A DNA stretch of 64,000 bases, from positions 11,855-75,854 of the forward strand of contig JACPKF010000009.1 of assembly GCA_016187125.1 (NCBI GenBank), in the 5' to 3' direction. The DNA is from Candidatus Saccharimonadota bacterium (GTDB lineage: Bacteria > Patescibacteriota > Saccharimonadia > Saccharimonadales > UBA10212). The position numbers and the translations under genes were made by a program. A model generated the notes under the pieces. The model was not told where the DNA came from and searched no databases. It saw nothing but the letters and a program-made list of their open reading frames with translations. Shown one piece after another: positions 62,823 through 64,000 of the stretch. Every line of letters begins with the position of its first letter. The first letter of the stretch is position 1.

Positions 62823-64000
62823 TTATTTTTTGTCGATGAACCAGAATTTAAGGGGGGTGCCGTTTAAGGGCCAAACAGCCCTGAAACTCTTTTCAAGATA
62901 GCGTTTGTAGCTCCAGTGCAGGAATTTAGTCTTTGAGCCAAAGACTTTAAAGCTGGGCATCCCGGAGTTGTCTTCTTGAACAATGTAGTTGAGTTTTGGC
63001 AACTTACCGCGCAAACCGGCCGGTGGGTGCTGGTTGACTGTATGTTGCAGCCAACGGTTTAGCTCCGGAGTTTTAAATCGCAGCCCGCGGCTCTTGGCAA
63101 TTTCCAGAACTAGGTCAAAGATTTTAGCTACATTTTGGCCGGTGGTTGCGCTGGTGAAGATCAGCGGTGCCCAGGGCACAAAGTTGAAACTCTCAGCAAT
63201 TTGGGCTGCCAAATGGTCTTTAGTAAAGCTATCTTTTTCGACCTGGTCCCATTTACTGACGACCAATATTAGGCCATTGCCGGCATCTTTTATCAGTCCG
63301 GCAATTTTTTGGTCCAGCTGAACATTAAGCTCCCGGCCGTCCATAATCAGCAGGCTAATATCTGATTGCTCTATGGCAGCCAGCGCCCGCAGGATGCTGA
63401 ATTGTTCCACGCCTCGCTCTATTTTACCGCTGCGCCGAATACCGGCGGTATCCATAAGTTCAATCTCTTTTGCTTTAAAACGGACTATCGCCCGATTAAC
63501 GTCCCTTGTGGTTCCAGCTTTCTCCGCCACGATGGCCTGCCCCAGTGGAATCGGAGTTTCAAAAACTCCGGCCCGCCCGAGGCGGGCATCCCACGGGGCT
63601 TGTTGTTTTTTAGCCAAAGCGTTAAACAGACTGGATTTGCCGACGTTAGGCCGGCCCAGCAGTGATAAATGAATCCGTGATGAATCACTGCCGATTTTCG
63701 CCTGCGGCAGTTGAGTAGCGATGGCTGACAGGAGGTCGTCTAGGCCTCTTTTTTGAGTCGCGGATGTAGGCATAATTTGTTTTATGCCCAGCTTTCGCCA
63801 TCCATCCAAGTCACGTTTTAGATTCTTATCTATTTTGTTGACAACCAAGATCACCGGCTTCCGGCTTTTTAGGGCAAGCTTGGCTACCCGTCGGTCTTCC
63901 TCGGTCGGTGGCACGTCGGCCTCAACTACAACTACAATTAAAGTAGCGCTATCGGCCGCCTGTTTGATCTGGTCTTGGATACTGAGCTCAAATTCATCCT
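62823..64000 (-). CDS. der: ribosome-biogenesis GTPase Der/EngA, N-terminus beyond the window
   Basis: The frame stays open to nt 64000. Second GTPase domain (GRPNVGKSS, DTAG, SKWD) plus a KH-like C-terminus. A 21-aa insertion lies between G1 and G2. Confidence 0.9.
   Translation of the reverse strand, partial: DEFELSIQDQIKQAADSATLIVVVVEADVPPTEEDRRVAKLALKSRKPVILVVNKIDKNLKRDLDGWRKLGIKQIMPTSATQKRGLDDLLSAIATQLPQAKIGSDSSRIHLSLLGRPNVGKSSLFNALAKKQQAPWDARLGRAGVFETPIPLGQAIVAEKAGTTRDVNRAIVRFKAKEIELMDTAGIRRSGKIERGVEQFSILRALAAIEQSDISLLIMDGRELNVQLDQKIAGLIKDAGNGLILVVSKWDQVEKDSFTKDHLAAQIAESFNFVPWAPLIFTSATTGQNVAKIFDLVLEIAKSRGLRFKTPELNRWLQHTVNQHPPAGLRGKLPKLNYIVQEDNSGMPSFKVFGSKTKFLHWSYKRYLEKSFRAVWPLNGTPLKFWFIDKK

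Overview
64-kb chromosomal window from a streamlined bacterium; the gene content looks Patescibacteria/CPR-like, but that is inference only. Most of it is housekeeping: msrA, serS, secA, prfB, ftsE-ftsX plus a PcsB-like CHAP hydrolase, ctpA, pyrG, rpmA, recO, glyQS, def, nadD, pyrB-pyrC, a compact dcw cluster (mraZ-rsmH-ftsL-ftsI-mraY-ftsW-murG-ftsQ), topA, dprA, pth, purA and der (cut by the right edge). I found no rRNA, tRNA or CRISPR array. Accessory content: a RAYT-type HUH transposase bracketed by REP hairpins next to a Cas4-like nuclease; a single-gene cassette flanked by 21-nt direct repeats; an AT-rich two-gene cassette; and a ~4-kb island at a + to - gene-strand switch near 50-52 kb. 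The most unusual signals are non-genic. (1) Almost every intergenic spacer is built from 7-nt periodic (heptamer) arrays, often with one stop codon per unit, and some arrays lie inside CDSs. (2) There are several families of nested palindromes. (3) Palindromic or inverted-repeat-bounded in-frame insertions sit in der, an NYN-domain gene and prfB. (4) A ~650-nt noncoding region with GC-rich hairpins has its own promoter and terminator. (5) -10 boxes sit 6-8 nt from start codons, implying leaderless mRNAs. (6) An identical 13-mer overlaps three start codons. Coordinates of small elements were counted by hand (about +/-2 nt). All family assignments are by eye, with no searches run.
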